DNA of 64,000 bases from Felis catus (Eukaryota): assembly GCF_018350175.1 (NCBI RefSeq), contig NC_058368.1, positions 56,608,001 to 56,672,000 on the forward strand. Reading direction: 5' to 3'. A model generated the notes under the pieces. That model worked only from the letters and a program-made list of their open reading frames with translations, was not told where the DNA came from and made no database searches. Below are positions 13,028 to 25,589 of the stretch, piece by piece; position 1 is the stretch's first letter, and every line of letters starts with the position of its first letter. Position numbers and translations under genes: made by a program.

Positions 13028-13408
13028 TGTGTTGGTCTGTGAGGGCTGCCACAGCAAAACATAGACAAAAGCATAGACAAAAGTAGGTGAAGCAGCTTAC
13101 GTCATCAAAATGTATTTTCTCACAGTTCTGGAGATTAACCATCCAAGACCAGGGGTGCCAGCACTATTAGTTCTGGTGGGAGTTCTCTTCCTGGCTTGCA
13201 GACAACCACCTTCTTCCTGTGTCCTCACTTGGCCGTTCCTCAGAGTGTGTGGAGAGAATGAAAGAGAGGATCTCTTTTTTTTCCTATAGGCCAAACGATC
13301 CTGTTGGATGAGGACCCTGCTTTTGTGACTTCATTTAACTTTACCTCTTAGAAGACCTCTAAATACAATCATGTTGGGGTTCAGGTGGGCATAATAGAGT
13401 CCACAGCA
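13028..13408 (-). mobile_element. MaLR LTR (MLT1A/MLT1A0-like)
   Basis: TG...CA ends; TTCTCACAGTTCTGGAG, TCTCTTCCTGGCTTGCAGAC..CCTTCTTCCTGTGTCCTCAC, ACTTCATTTAAC. Confidence 0.85.
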
Positions 13409-13559
13409 TAATAAATAGGTCTCTCATGGCATATTAAATTTTTTAATATAATTAGTTAGCCTTGTACCTATCCTAGATTATGTGCTTAGAATTCTAGTTA
13501 TCCCAGGTAATCCTTACAACTTATTTTCTTTATGGTGGTCCTCAATTGAGGATCACTTA

Positions 13560-13730
13560 AATTATCCCATTCTATGAGTCATGCATTATTAACTTCATTT
13601 GGCAGCTTTAGATATTGAGATTTAGAAAGATTAAATAATTTTTCCATAGTCACATAGAAGGTATATAACAAAGCAACATATCAATCCAAATATCTGACAC
13701 CAAAGTCCACCTCTTAAAAACTTGATCATA
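13560..13730 (-). mobile_element. MIR fragment
   Basis: Decayed MIR core (ATATTGAGATTTAGAAAGATTAAATAATTTTTCCATAGTCACATAG..TCTGACACCAAAGTCC). Confidence 0.6.
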
Positions 13731-14392
13731 CTGGAAAACAGAATGAATGATGCAGCCACAGGGTTCATATGAATACATTTTATCTTTGACCACATTCAAA
13801 TCAATGAGTCATATTTGCAAAGAATATCAATAAAGATAAATGATTGAAATAGTGTTAAAATGAATTCCTTTAAATGCCTGTGGAAAACCAAAGAATCTAA
13901 TTTTGCAAATTAGAAGATTCACAAAGATGGAGATATCTTTGCAGCATGTCAGGGATAATTCCACGTATGTATCCACCAAATACTTTATAGTTTTCATATG
14001 TTGCATGGTTATATGAAAAAAGGAAAGATGAAATTGTTTTGCTTCAGAGCCAAACATGTAATTTTATATTATTATCTACACATTCTCATTAATCTTCTCT
14101 GATTTAACCAAAGTTGAATGAAATATTAGCATGACAAAATGTATCACTACATAAATTACCACCTTGTTAATGAAGTATGCAAACAACTACGAGAAGATGT
14201 TTTATGACATTACTCACTTTACTCGTCAAATAGCAAACATGTGGTCCACCCAGTTAGTTACAGTTAGAAGAAAAAAAAATAAGAGGTCACCAAGTTGAGT
14301 TTTGGTAACAGATTATGGTTTCATACCTAGTAATATAGTGCCAATGGCATTTTGTGACTCATCAAGCAGGAGATTTAAAAAAGGAAAACTTC

Positions 14393-14602
14393 GGGGCGCC
14401 TGGGTGGCTCAGTCGGTTAAGCGTCTGACTTCGGCTCAGGTCACGATCTCGCGGTATGTGAGTTCGAGCCCCGCGTCACGCTCTGTGCTGACTGCTCAGA
14501 GCCTGGAGCCTGTTTCAGATTCTGTGTCTCCCTCTCTCTCTGACCCTCCCCCGTTCATGCTCTGTCTCTCTCTGTCTCAAAAATAACTAAACGTTAAAAA
14601 AA
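14393..14602 (+). mobile_element. Felid CanSINE (SINEC_Fc2-type)
   Basis: GGGGCGCCTGGGTGGCTCAGTCGG head; ATTTAAAAAAGGAAAACTTC repeated at 14373-14392 and 14603-14622. Confidence 0.97.
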
Positions 14603-14644
14603 ATTTAAAAAAGGAAAACTTCTTTCTCAAAGGCTGATGGTATA

Positions 14645-14648
14645 TGTT

Positions 14649-14687
<39 letters not shown>

Positions 14688-14690
14688 GCA
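14645..14690. repeat. (TG)n microsatellite
   Basis: Direct reading. Confidence 0.95.
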
Positions 14691-14818
14691 TGCACACATG
14701 CATGAGTTTATTTTACTTTAACTTGTAAGATGAAGAAAAGTAATGCTTAAAAACAGTATGGATAAAAAAAGATGAGAATGATCACAGATCTGAGAATGTG
14801 TTAAAAGGAAAGCAGTGT

Positions 14819-14988
14819 GGGGGCACCTGGATAGTTCAGTCAGTTAGACATCTGACTCTTGATCTCAGCTCAGGTCTTTATCTCAGGGTTGTGAGTTCAA
14901 GCCCTGTGTTGGGCTCCATGGTGGGCGTGAAACCAACTTAAAAAAATACAAAGGAAAAGAAGAGAAAAGGAAAAAGAAAAGAAAAGAA
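14819..14988 (+). mobile_element. Short CanSINE lacking the (CT)n tract
   Basis: GGGGCACCTGGATAGTTCAG head, GAGTTCAAGCCC B-box, then A-rich tail directly. Confidence 0.88.
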
Positions 14989-15219
14989 TTGTGGTTTAGA
15001 GGCAGGAGATGGTTGAGAGGCAAGATCAACCATTACAGATTGTAAAAACCTTATTGTGAGTCTAAACTTTCACTTTTATAAGATACTGGGATTTTCATAC
15101 CTTCTGTAACTGTCTCAAAAGAGTGTCTTGAGACATGAATTAAAACAAGTAATGAGAACATTTTAAAGCATATAAACCATAATAGAAGTGTAGGTAATGC
15201 AATTATTGTTTAACCAAAA

Positions 15220-15520
15220 TAATATGGTTAAGATCATGGACCCCAGGTTAACTGAGTTACTTTAACTGAATTAACTGAGTTACTTTAACTGAATTAACTG
15301 AGGTTAATGAAGTTTAAATTTTGGCTCTGCCTCTTCCTAGCCTTCTCATTCTTGCTTATATTTATGCTTATGTCTCCTCATCTATTAAATGGGGTCATGA
15401 GTGAAGCTGTCTCAGAAGCACCTGGTGAGGATTAATATTCTAAATAGATGTATATAGCACTTGTAATAATGCCTAGCAAATAATGAGAACTTTTGAAGTG
15501 TCTTAAGTAATCATTATTTG
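15220..15520 (+). mobile_element. MIR, carrying a 23-bp tandem repeat at 15248-15302
   Basis: TGGTTAAGA..TTTAAATTTTGGCTCTGCC..CTCCTCATCTATTAAATGGGG..GTGAGGATTAA..AGCACTT..TGCCTAGCA. Confidence 0.7.
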
Positions 15521-16191
15521 TTATCATGGCCCTGTTCTCTTTTGTTTCTGGATCACACTGAGTAACAGAAATAAAATTTTATTTTGCATATCTCATAAGC
15601 AAAATGAAACTTTATCTAACTCTAAATCACAATTAATACAGTGTTATAAAAATTCAGAGATGGTTTTCTTTACATTATTTAGTAAAGGTCAGGAGATCTT
15701 TTTATACTAACATACTCTTTCTGTGACGAACTAAATTTCTTTGGAGAGGACATAGGTTATTTCAACTTATAGATTTATAAGTTTAAACAATAAAAATTAA
15801 TAAACTAGTTGAATTACCAATTAGAGAAAACTCTATTAAAATTTAGGAACATGTATATCATCCATAACACACAGTGTTGCATTTAAAATACTAATGTTCC
15901 ATGTTTGTGCTCAATGAGTTACAATCAAGAAACTATTAAAACCTACCAGCCAGTTGATACCACATTGTTGAAGGAATGAATCATGGAAAATTTCCTACAA
16001 ATTTAACAAAAGATGAATCCAGTTTCCGTACAGGGAAACATTTCTTAGAAGATGTAGCCTTTTATACACCAGTGATTAATTGCCTGAAGTATTTACATTT
16101 AATGAAATTTCCAATTTACCTAATAATTTTTATCAGTATTAATTTATGTTAGAGAAATGAAGAGAAGATCTTCAAAGATATCTTGAATTAG

Positions 16192-16420
16192 ATATTATCC
16201 CACTTACTTATTACTGCGTAAACAGTCACCCCAAAATTCGATGGTTTAAAGAAACAACATATGTTTTATCCATGAGTATGCAAGTTGGGAAGAAGCAAGC
16301 AGGGGTGGTTCCTCATTGCCTCATTCTGCAAGAGGCGAATTGCCTCAAAGGCTGGGACTAGAATCAGCGGACAGCATGGTTAGGGAGTCGATGCTGATTG
16401 TCAGTCGAAAGGCAGAAGAT
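16192..16420 (-). mobile_element. Probable old MaLR LTR fragment
   Basis: TATTACTGCGTAAACAGTCACCCCAAAATT..GGTTTAAAGAAACAAC resembles an MLT1 3' terminus in reverse. Confidence 0.5.
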
Positions 16421-16756
16421 GCTAAAATGAAGATAATGACTTGTAGACAACATTAAATCCAAGGCATTGTTCTCTCCCCTTGATTTGGGTGGCAACAATA
16501 TGAAGCCTAGGTGATTAATCTAAAACCTTTAGCTAAGAACTCAGAAAGAACTAAGGCAGTAGTGCATAGACTATTTCAAGTAGGAAAAAAAAGGCTCTTT
16601 AAGAAACTTAAGCCTCTCTGTTAAATCATAGGTCATCCAAATTGTAAGGACATTGCCCTACAGTAGCTTGACAGGGACTTAAGCAAGAGGTGGCTCATTT
16701 CAAGAAAATCTGTGGATGCGGTTTTCATCTAATTTTATACAATTGGAGGTGGGAGG

Positions 16757-16980
16757 GCTGAGTCAGAAAACTATGTCCTAAGGAGCAAACAAGCCCAAGG
16801 AATATTTTTGTGAGTAAAGATTCACAGGCACACTGCCACACTCATCCATTTATATACTATCTTTGCCTGCATTTGCACAACCACTGAAGAGTTGAGTAGT
16901 TGTGATGGAGAACCACATGGCTGAAAAATGAAAAACATTTACTTTTTGGCCCTTTACAGAAAATAGTTTGCTAACCCCTA
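16757..16980. mobile_element. MER58A-like hAT/Charlie MITE
   Basis: AGAGTTGAGTAGTTGTGA..ATTTACT..TGGCCCTTTACAGAAAATAGTTTGCTAACCCCT. Confidence 0.8.
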
Positions 16981-17388
16981 GTATAGAGCATTCATTTATT
17001 TGTAAGCAACCTAAATAGCCCTCAAAGGAATTGTATCAGCTTGAACTTAAAGGAGCAGGAACAGCACCAAGTGGACAGAGGCTTTTGGACCCTCCTACTC
17101 TGTGGACAATAAGACTGAAGAAACTACCTAACTACAGGCAAGGGGTGTTTTATGTAAAGGAAAGGTTTAACCAGAAGTTGAGTAAAAGACTCATAGGGTT
17201 AAGCCAAGAACTGTAACAAACATCTTTCCCAAGTGTAATTTCCAGTGAAGCTATCCTATAATTAAATAAAGGACAACACATGCCTGACTGGATTTCAGAA
17301 TTGCTATGGCTTAGTGATAGTTATTTTCTCCCCTTGTCACTTGGGAGTATCTAGAGCACTTATCTTATATCTATTTCCCCGGTATATG

Positions 17389-17389
<1 letters not shown>

Positions 17390-17434
<45 letters not shown>
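17390..17434. repeat. (GT)n microsatellite
   Basis: Direct reading. Confidence 0.95.
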
Positions 17435-17438
<4 letters not shown>

Positions 17439-17449
17439 ACTCGTATATA

Positions 17450-17680
17450 AAGCAGTAGTTAAATCAGGTGATACTGACTTGAAATCAGACTACTTTAGTT
17501 CAAATCTCTACACTTTCTTTTATAATTTGTGTGGGCCCTGGCCCCTCAGTTTCCCTTTTATAAAGTAATGATAATTCCAATTTTATCATTTGTCTTCAAG
17601 GATATTTAATGAAATAATCCATCTGAGGCACATAGAAAATTGATTGCAATGTAATAAAATCTTAGTAATTTTATATTCCT
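17450..17680 (+). mobile_element. MIR fragment
   Basis: GAAATCAGAC..AGTTCAAATC..CCTCAGTTTCCC..TAAAGT. Confidence 0.6.
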
Positions 17681-18219
17681 TTTTTTACTATCATTATATC
17701 ATTATTATTTTGGAAAGATAATATTCTACATTCAGTCTTTCTATATAATAATAAAACTGATAAGGTTATATTTAGAATACTTTACAAAAGTACTGACATT
17801 ATCTTGGTAATATGCACTTTAACTGTTATATTAAATTAATCATGAACATTCATATATATGTTAGCCTACTAGAAATCACATCATATGCACATTGAGTTAA
17901 CTAATAATTTTTTTACTTTGCCTCTGTGTATTCCAATCATAATGGGTTTATTAAACATCATGAATTGAAGATAATCACATATTTAGTTATACATTTATTC
18001 AGTGCTACTGATTTTAGCTTCAAAGTCATATATTCTTTCTTATAGTCTTGACCTAATTTTTCTAAATGTAATGTGAAAATCTAAAATTAAACTATTGTTA
18101 ACTTACTGATTAGATTCTTTATTGAGGTACTTTTCTTCTATGGCCTTGTTTTTAAAAATCACAATAATTTTTTATACTGTTTTCATACATTTGGTACATT
18201 TTATTATTCATTTCATATC

Positions 18220-18600
18220 CCTATTTCATTCAGCATAAATTATGCTGCATTAAATGATCCTATAATATCAATGGCTTATGACAAACAGTTTATTTCTTAC
18301 TCATGTTGCATGTCCATGGTGGGTCCACTGTCTTGGCTCCATGTCTGTTCACTCAGAGAGTTAGCTTAAGAGAGTAGTCACAATTTGGTTAAAACTTGTC
18401 ATGTGACAAAGAGAAGGTAACGTGGCATAGCCACAAGTTGGCACATTTAATTGACAGAGCAACTTATGTGGCACTTTTTGAGTTCAGTGGAAAGATAATG
18501 TATCTCCTCTGGTATTACCACAATTCACACAATTAGACCTAATTTTTATGCATGGGTAGAGGGTGTGGCAGAAAATTTTTTCGCAGTTATTCAGTGTACC
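18220..18600 (-). mobile_element. Old MaLR LTR (MLT1K/L-like)
   Basis: TTATGCTGCA..AATGGCTTA..AGTTTATTTCTTACTCATGTTGCATGTCCAT. Confidence 0.6.
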
Positions 18601-19449
18601 ACTTCCCCCGTCTGCACACAAAGTACATACCATCCCTTCTCCAGGAGCACAACACAAAAGTGCCATCAGCATTCAGCATGGGATCAAAATCTGGGATGTC
18701 ATGAATGGATATATATGTGTTTCCTCTAACTAGGCTAACTGTATCTTAGGAGGTAGGGTATATCAAACCAGAGTCATGGAATAATGACTTACTTGCTACT
18801 TTCATTGTCCCATCCTTCAGTTTCAGATGCTTATTATAAAGGTGGGTTTTTTTTATTCGAATTTTGGTTTTGTTTTGTTTTATTTTTCTGTATATAAGGA
18901 TGTAGCCATGATAAAAGGAAGAGGATATAGCCGCATCACTCCATGATGTAGATATGCTGAGTAATATTCAGTGGATTATTTTTGGAAAGGTTTGTAAATA
19001 GAAACTGACTTGAAGAGTCCACTGTGCTCCTAGCCCCCAGCTCTTACCATCACATTAGCTCTGAGTTTTCAGTTTGCTGCCTTGGATGTCATAGTTGGAA
19101 TCAGAGACAAACTGATGAATATTGTAAGACCCTTGTTTTCATCATTCCTAGAAATTTGAATAGTTCACATTTTGTTCTTTAAACATTTTATATTTATTTT
19201 CACACTACAACAGATACTTTTAGTCTTTTCCTTTGTATACCACCTCCACTTTTGTTTTCCAAAAAACAGTCAATGATATCTTATTCAAAGAGTAAACATT
19301 CCAGAATCCATCTCTTGCCTCAGACTTGCCTTAGAGTCTCAAGATGTTGTGCTACATCTGCTACTTTATATGTGTAGAAATTCTTGGTTTCAGGCACAGG
19401 AATACGTTAGGATGATATATCAGGAAAATGAGGCAATTTAGTTTCATAG

Positions 19450-19660
19450 AAAGGACGTGAGGTTTAGACCCGGACAGTCCAGAGTTTAAATTCTGATTCT
19501 AGTATTTCTGAACTATGTGCCTGTCTCAGGGACATTCCCTGCAGCATAGCAGGGATTTAAGAGTAGTTATCGCCCTATCTTATAATAGAAGAATAGTCAC
19601 TACCCTTGTGGATTTAGGTAAACAAAAGTAGCAATTATATAGGAACTTAGCAGAATGAGA
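19450..19660 (+). mobile_element. MIR fragment
   Basis: GAGTTTAAATTCTGATTCTAG..AACTATGTG.. Confidence 0.45.
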
Positions 19661-21261
19661 TAATGTAATTAAACAAGAAGCACTGTACCTAAATTATCAA
19701 AAACACTTGACCTATTTGTCTATACTGGCTTCTCCATAATATTCATATTTTTTCAGATGTGTGCATTTTCTCTGAGTCCAGATATTCCTATCTTCCTAGC
19801 ATCATCGATGAAGTTCCCGAAATTAAATTTCTTTTATTAAGGAATTCACCCACATTAGTCTCCTAATCAGGTGATTATAGTGAAGTTTTCTAAATTTCAA
19901 GTTGCAGTTTTATGGAAGTTGTTGCTGCTTCCCTAGATAAATGTCAGCTCCTCCTTCATTGGGTAGAAACCAGGTCTTGCAGCTACTCCTCAGTTGCTAA
20001 CAAGTGGGGAAGAGTTGGCAGTGCCATCAGCTGGATTGACATTAGGTCTTGACAGGGATGTAGAGAGTCTGGAATTTGTGCTGCTGACCTCTTGGCAGCA
20101 ACAGTTTGCAGCAATTTACCCACATAGCACACAAGCTACACCTAATGCCCAGGCTCAGGTTCTACTATCCCAACTTCTCAAGGATGCACAGCTAATGAAA
20201 GGAACAGGACTCCTTATCCAAGCCACAGAAGAGTTTAGTGACAACTACTCATGTCATTTTTTTAATGTATTTTGCTTAAGAAAATCACTCAACAAAGTCT
20301 GATGTTTCTGCCCTGAGGCCATTTCGCTTTGCTAACAGGTTCTCCCACAAGGGCAGTAAGGCACAAAATGGTGGTCATTTAATGGCAAACTGTAAGTTGT
20401 ATCTTGTATGAGAGGGGCAATGGAAATTATTTGTGCTAAGAGGAATCAATAAGGCATCAACAAATAAGCTCCATGTATATAATCATTCATTTAATTGCTT
20501 CATTTGTTCTTTGAAACCCTTTATAGGGATATGAAGCTACCTTTGCCAGGGGAAAATAATGGCAAAAGGGTGAGAGACAAATTATTAATCATTTTGGCAA
20601 AAAATTCAGAACAGCTAAAAATAGTCTTAATTCAAGTACAAGAATATAGGTATCTGTAATTGGATAGCTAAGAAGATTTACCATTGGCAAATTCATCGAG
20701 GGTTCTATACAGCTAAGTGATGAGTTGGCAAGGCAAATGGTTTCCTACTAATTAAACACTGAGCAGGGAGGGACCCAGAAGTGCCCCAAATTTGTGATAA
20801 AAGAAGCTTGGATCATAAAAATAAAAGAAGGGCCAAAAAGGAAATATTTCCATGTATTCTAACATAGTACATAACCACATGAAAGAATATACTGCACACC
20901 TTGGATTATATCACCTTAGGACAGAACATTATGGCAAGCTGGACCACTACTATTCCTACTGTCACAAAACCAACTTGGTCTACAAGGTGATCTAAACTGG
21001 CATAGAAAAACATGAATTTTTTTTTAATTAAAAATAAATGTACTTATTGGTTGGAAGACTACATGGTCAAGGAAAAAAAAGGAGGTGTCATTAGGAGAAT
21101 TCACAGCCCATATCCATTTATAATGTTTAGAGTTTGAAGCAATGTTTTTATATTAACTACCTGGTTGCTAAAGCAAAGTAGGAAATATGATCAAGTGATA
21201 AAATGTGTAAGATTTATATTGAGACTAGTAGACATCTAAAAAAATTTAAAAAAAAAGGCGG

Positions 21262-21492
21262 GGGGCACCTGGGTGGCTTAGTCAGTTAAGCATCTGACTT
21301 CAGCTTAGGTCATGATCTCACAGTTCCTGAGTTGGAGCCTTGCATCGCGCTCTGTGCTGAAGGCTCAGAGCCTGGAGCCTGCTTCGGAGTCTGTGTCTCC
21401 CTCTCTCTCTGTCCCTACCCCACTCATGCTCTGTCTCTGTCTCTCTAAAAAAAAAAATAAAATAAATAAAATATTAAAAAAAAATTTAAAAA
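21262..21492 (+). mobile_element. Felid CanSINE (SINEC_Fc2-type)
   Basis: GGGGCACCTGGGTGGCTTAG head, CAGAGCCTGGAGCCTGCTTC, (CT)n, A tail. Confidence 0.95.
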
Positions 21493-21568
21493 GACTAATA
21501 GAAAAAACCCTCCATAAAGATTTATAAATTTCTCAGTAGATTAAAAGTGCTGTTCTTATTCTCTTCCT

Positions 21569-21579
21569 ACACACACTCA

Positions 21580-21620
<41 letters not shown>

Positions 21621-21627
21621 ACACACA
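21569..21627. repeat. (CA)n microsatellite
   Basis: Direct reading. Confidence 0.95.
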
Positions 21628-23104
21628 AATGTATGTTCTGTATAACTCACATGATTTTGTGCTAGACTCAAAATTCATGTAGTCTATTCAATAGAATGAA
21701 AATTACAAGATCCAGGCAATTTTGACATGGTGTTTAAAAAGTGATTTAAAACACCAAGTTTGTAGAAGTTGGTTTAAAAAGGTCAATTTATTAGATTCTC
21801 ATCTCTTTTAAATGGGAAGTCTCATAAAAATACCCACAGCAAAATGGCTCTACAAGGACATTATTACTTAGTGATAATGCATAGTCATGTATTAATTTAT
21901 TTTTTCATTCATTCAGCATTAATTGTCAGTATGAAATATGCAGAGATTTATGCTCAAAATAAATTTATATGTATAACCATAAATTAGAAATGTGCCATTT
22001 TTAAAGATGGCCCTTTGGATACAGGAGACTAGTAGAAAAAATTACAAGACTTTGTCATATGTGTTAGGATGAAAATATGGAGTTAGTTGTAGGGCCTGAG
22101 ACTTGATACTTAGTCTGAGAATGAGGGAAAGATATTTGACAGTGATCAATATATTAATGTGTTCTGTGTTTAACTTAGGATTCTTAAAGTTTTGCATTCA
22201 ATTTGATTATTATATTAGTTCATATATTTTATTTTTATTAACTATTTGTACTTTCTTCATAATGACTTTTACATGCTGTTAGGTTAAATTTTTTTTTGAA
22301 ATTTTATTTTGTTTATTAAAGATTTTACATGCAGTAACAAAATATAAAATAAAACAAAACAAATACTGTCCCACTATTTCTTTAATCAATTCATGATTGC
22401 TTTCATTCAGTAAGTTTCTCAAGCTACAAAGGTGAACAGGGCTGGTTTTGAGTTGGATGGCAAAGGAAGAAAGGAAGGAGCCACTTGGTATAATCAGGGA
22501 GTTTTACAAGGTTAGCAATGTTGAACCTTTAAAAGGAGTAAAAGTTTGCCAGGTGACAAATGTAGAGAGTATGTTCCAGGAGAGTAAAGCCTTACAATAA
22601 CATTATGTTTTCACCATAATCCCATTTTTCTTATTTGTGACAGTGTTTTGACAAAGCTTTTTATTCAATACCTCGTGATACTCTAGGGAACAGACGTACT
22701 GTATTAGCAAAGCTACCACTCTCATCTGCCTACACTGATGTAATGCTAACATGTTTCTATTTTTTAAAGATTTAATTAAGTTTAATTCATCTGAAAAAGA
22801 AACAGTTTTTTTAAATGATAATATTTCAAAGTAATATATCCATTTTACTGCTGCAAAGTGGATTGGTGGCTTCCTGTAATGATGACAAAATAAAGCATAT
22901 CGAGGCTGTTGAATACATGATATTAAATGTGGTTGTATTTAAACCCTGTGGGCTGGTGTTACTTTTAGGACTAGTGTAGATGTCAGCAAAATAACATTCC
23001 GAGGTTCCAATATTTCAAATATATCGTGGGACAGAAAAATCATACATAATGTAAACTAATGGAATTCTAGATAACTGAAATAAATTCTATATGTTTACCA
23101 TTGG

Positions 23105-23112
23105 ATATATAA

Positions 23113-23170
<58 letters not shown>

Positions 23171-23247
23171 ATAAATATGTATGTAAAATAAAACAGAAAA
23201 CAAATACTATCCCACTATTTCTTTAATCAATTCATGATGTGTATAAA

Positions 23248-23300
<53 letters not shown>
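23105..23300. repeat. Compound (TA)n/(TG)n microsatellite split by a 55-bp copy of 22345-22397
   Basis: Two TA/TG arrays flank 23184-23238. Confidence 0.92.
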
Positions 23301-23302
<2 letters not shown>

Positions 23303-23784
23303 GAAATAAAAAGAAGAAGGAGGGCTCTAAAATACATAGTCATTAGGAGAGGGAACTGCTTAAAAAAAGTTACAGAAATGCTTCTTAGCTGTCCTACTGC
23401 TTCCTTTGGTAGAGAATATTTCAAAGCCAATTATTGGAAATAGTAGAGAATATTTTCTACATATTTTGTGTGGATTCAGCATCACTTAAGTATTACTGAA
23501 AACTTGGGTAAAATGTTTTCAAACTTAGAAGAAAATGCTGTACATCCTAATTAATAATAGCTTATCATTATTAATGTATCTTTCCATTCTCCCCCTTTGT
23601 GGAAAATAAATTTTATCTGCTTTATTATTCAAAATAAAAACTTTGCCATTCACTAACACATCTTTCTTACAGATGAATTGTATGTTGTATAAATTTTTTT
23701 TTCAATTTTATGGAAGAAGAAAAATATTTTTGGTCATGTTTATAAATCCATTTTGTCATGGAGTAAACACCTTTTTTAACCTCT

Positions 23785-24218
23785 TTTAAATGTTTATTTA
23801 CCGGGGCGCCTGGGTGGCGCAGTCGGTTGAGCATCTGACTTCAGCCAGATCACAATCTCGCCGTCCGTGAATTCGAGCCCTGCGTCAGGCTCTGGGCTGA
23901 TGGCTCAGAGCCTGGAGCCTGTTTCTGATTCTGTGTCTCCCTCTCTCTCTGCCCCTCCGCCGTTCATGCTCTGTCTCTCTCTGTCCCAAAAATAAATAAA
24001 CGTTGAAAAAAAATTTTTTTTTAAAAATAAATGTTTATTTACCTTTGAGAGAGAGGGGAGAGGCAGGAGGGGCAGAGAGAGAGAGGAAGACACAGACTCC
24101 AAAGCAGGCTTCAGGCTCTGAGCTGTCAGCACAGAGCCTGATGTGGGGCTCGAACCTACAAACTGTGAGATCATGACTGAAGTCAGAAGCTCAACCAGCT
24201 GAGCCACTCAGGCACCCC
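23785..24218 (-). mobile_element. Host CanSINE (Fc2-type) split in its tail by a younger SINE
   Basis: Body 24044-24218 ends ...CACTCAGGCACCCC; tail remnant TAAATGTTTATTTA duplicated. Confidence 0.92.
23803..24027 (+). mobile_element. Young felid CanSINE (SINEC_Fc1-type), nested antisense
   Basis: Perfect 16-bp TSD TAAATGTTTATTTACC at 23787-23802 and 24028-24043. Confidence 0.97.
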
Positions 24219-24653
24219 AAGTCATGACTTTTTAAATCTGAATATACAAGCCTAAAATAAATGAAAGAGTAACGGTTAGTTTTCTACTAATATAATCTAT
24301 ATGTCATATATGACCTGTATATTCCATATGTCACCTTGCCTGGTTACTCCAAAAATTTGCAACTGTGAAAAAAGTGGTGTAAGTATCTTCTAGTTTACCA
24401 GAAACTAAAGACATAATATAAACAATTTTGTCTAGACTTTGAACAAAAAGACAGCTCTAAAGTATATTTTGGGTGAAAATTGGTTCTGATATCTGACAAC
24501 ATATTATAATGTCTCATAATAAGATTTCTTTGTTTTATTGGATGTGGTTTTTTAATTACAATTGTAGTGAGTTCTGTCAAAAACATATTTAAGTTGTGGC
24601 ATGTTGCCATGCTTGGAGTTGGTGTTTGCTACTTTCTTTCAAATAGTTCAGGA

Positions 24654-24654
<1 letters not shown>

Positions 24655-24724
<70 letters not shown>

Positions 24725-24790
24725 CACATACACACACTTTCGTATGCATATATACATTTACCTGTGTGTACATACATGAACATATATCTG
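24655..24790. repeat. (TG)n(TA)n compound microsatellite
   Basis: Direct reading. Confidence 0.93.
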
Positions 24791-25589
24791 TATGTTCACA
24801 ACTATTAAAATATACTAAACAAATATGACATAACATCGGCAAGTTAATTTATGTTTTGGGTGTGTTGGTCTTTATATTAGCACTCTTTCAACTTTTCTAT
24901 ATATTTAAAAATTTTTTCATAACAACAAAATCCAATGCTCTCACCACTGCCCACTGTATTTTCATGTGTCTCTTAACACTTTTCAATTTGATTCTTTTTT
25001 TTTAAATTTTTGATTCTCATTTGCTTCAAAATATATCAAAGTGACCCATTAAACTTAGCTTACTGAGACCCATTCTGTTTGGGAGCTACCTTCAAATTCA
25101 TGGTGAATATCAAGGTTTCAGGCACAACCTCCCACCGCTTTCACTTCCAGTAAAGAACATGGCCTTGCCCATATTTTGACTGTCTCTTGTAACCATTCCT
25201 TCCCTCTAAAATTATGGGCAATGAAATAAAATAAAATAAAATAAAAAATAACTGTTTTATTTTCCTGTACTTTCTATTGTAATTCTTGCTCCTATTTTTC
25301 ACCTCATTAAATATTATATTTAAAAAGTGGAAATTTTGGTTACCTCATCCAGAATAGCTTCCCAAAGCTCAAAGTCTCAGGTTGTAAACAGATAACATAG
25401 AATGAATGATTTCCATACTTTTAACTTTGTTGTAGCTTGTTTTATGACTCATGATATACTGTACCATGATAAAACGTTCCATAGGTATAGATTTACTTTT
25501 CGGGTCATGCTTTCAAGGTATTTTTACTTCAGGGTCTTCAATCTGACATCCCCACTTATCGAGGTTTATCTAAGCAGCATTTCATTGTA

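Noticed and set aside
15248..15302. Possible CRISPR-like repeat (also considered for 29875-30193)
   Set aside because: No unique spacers, only two copies, no cas genes, mammalian context.
19994..20302. 102-aa ORF in non-repetitive-looking sequence
   Set aside because: TTG start, no recognisable domain and no convincing flanking splice sites; a length reachable by chance. A tBLASTn or PhyloCSF check would be decisive.
20640..21230. Possible processed pseudogene or CR1/L3 remnant
   Set aside because: No sustained reading frame, polyA or TSD; only a vague CR1-like resemblance, too weak to call without a Dfam search.
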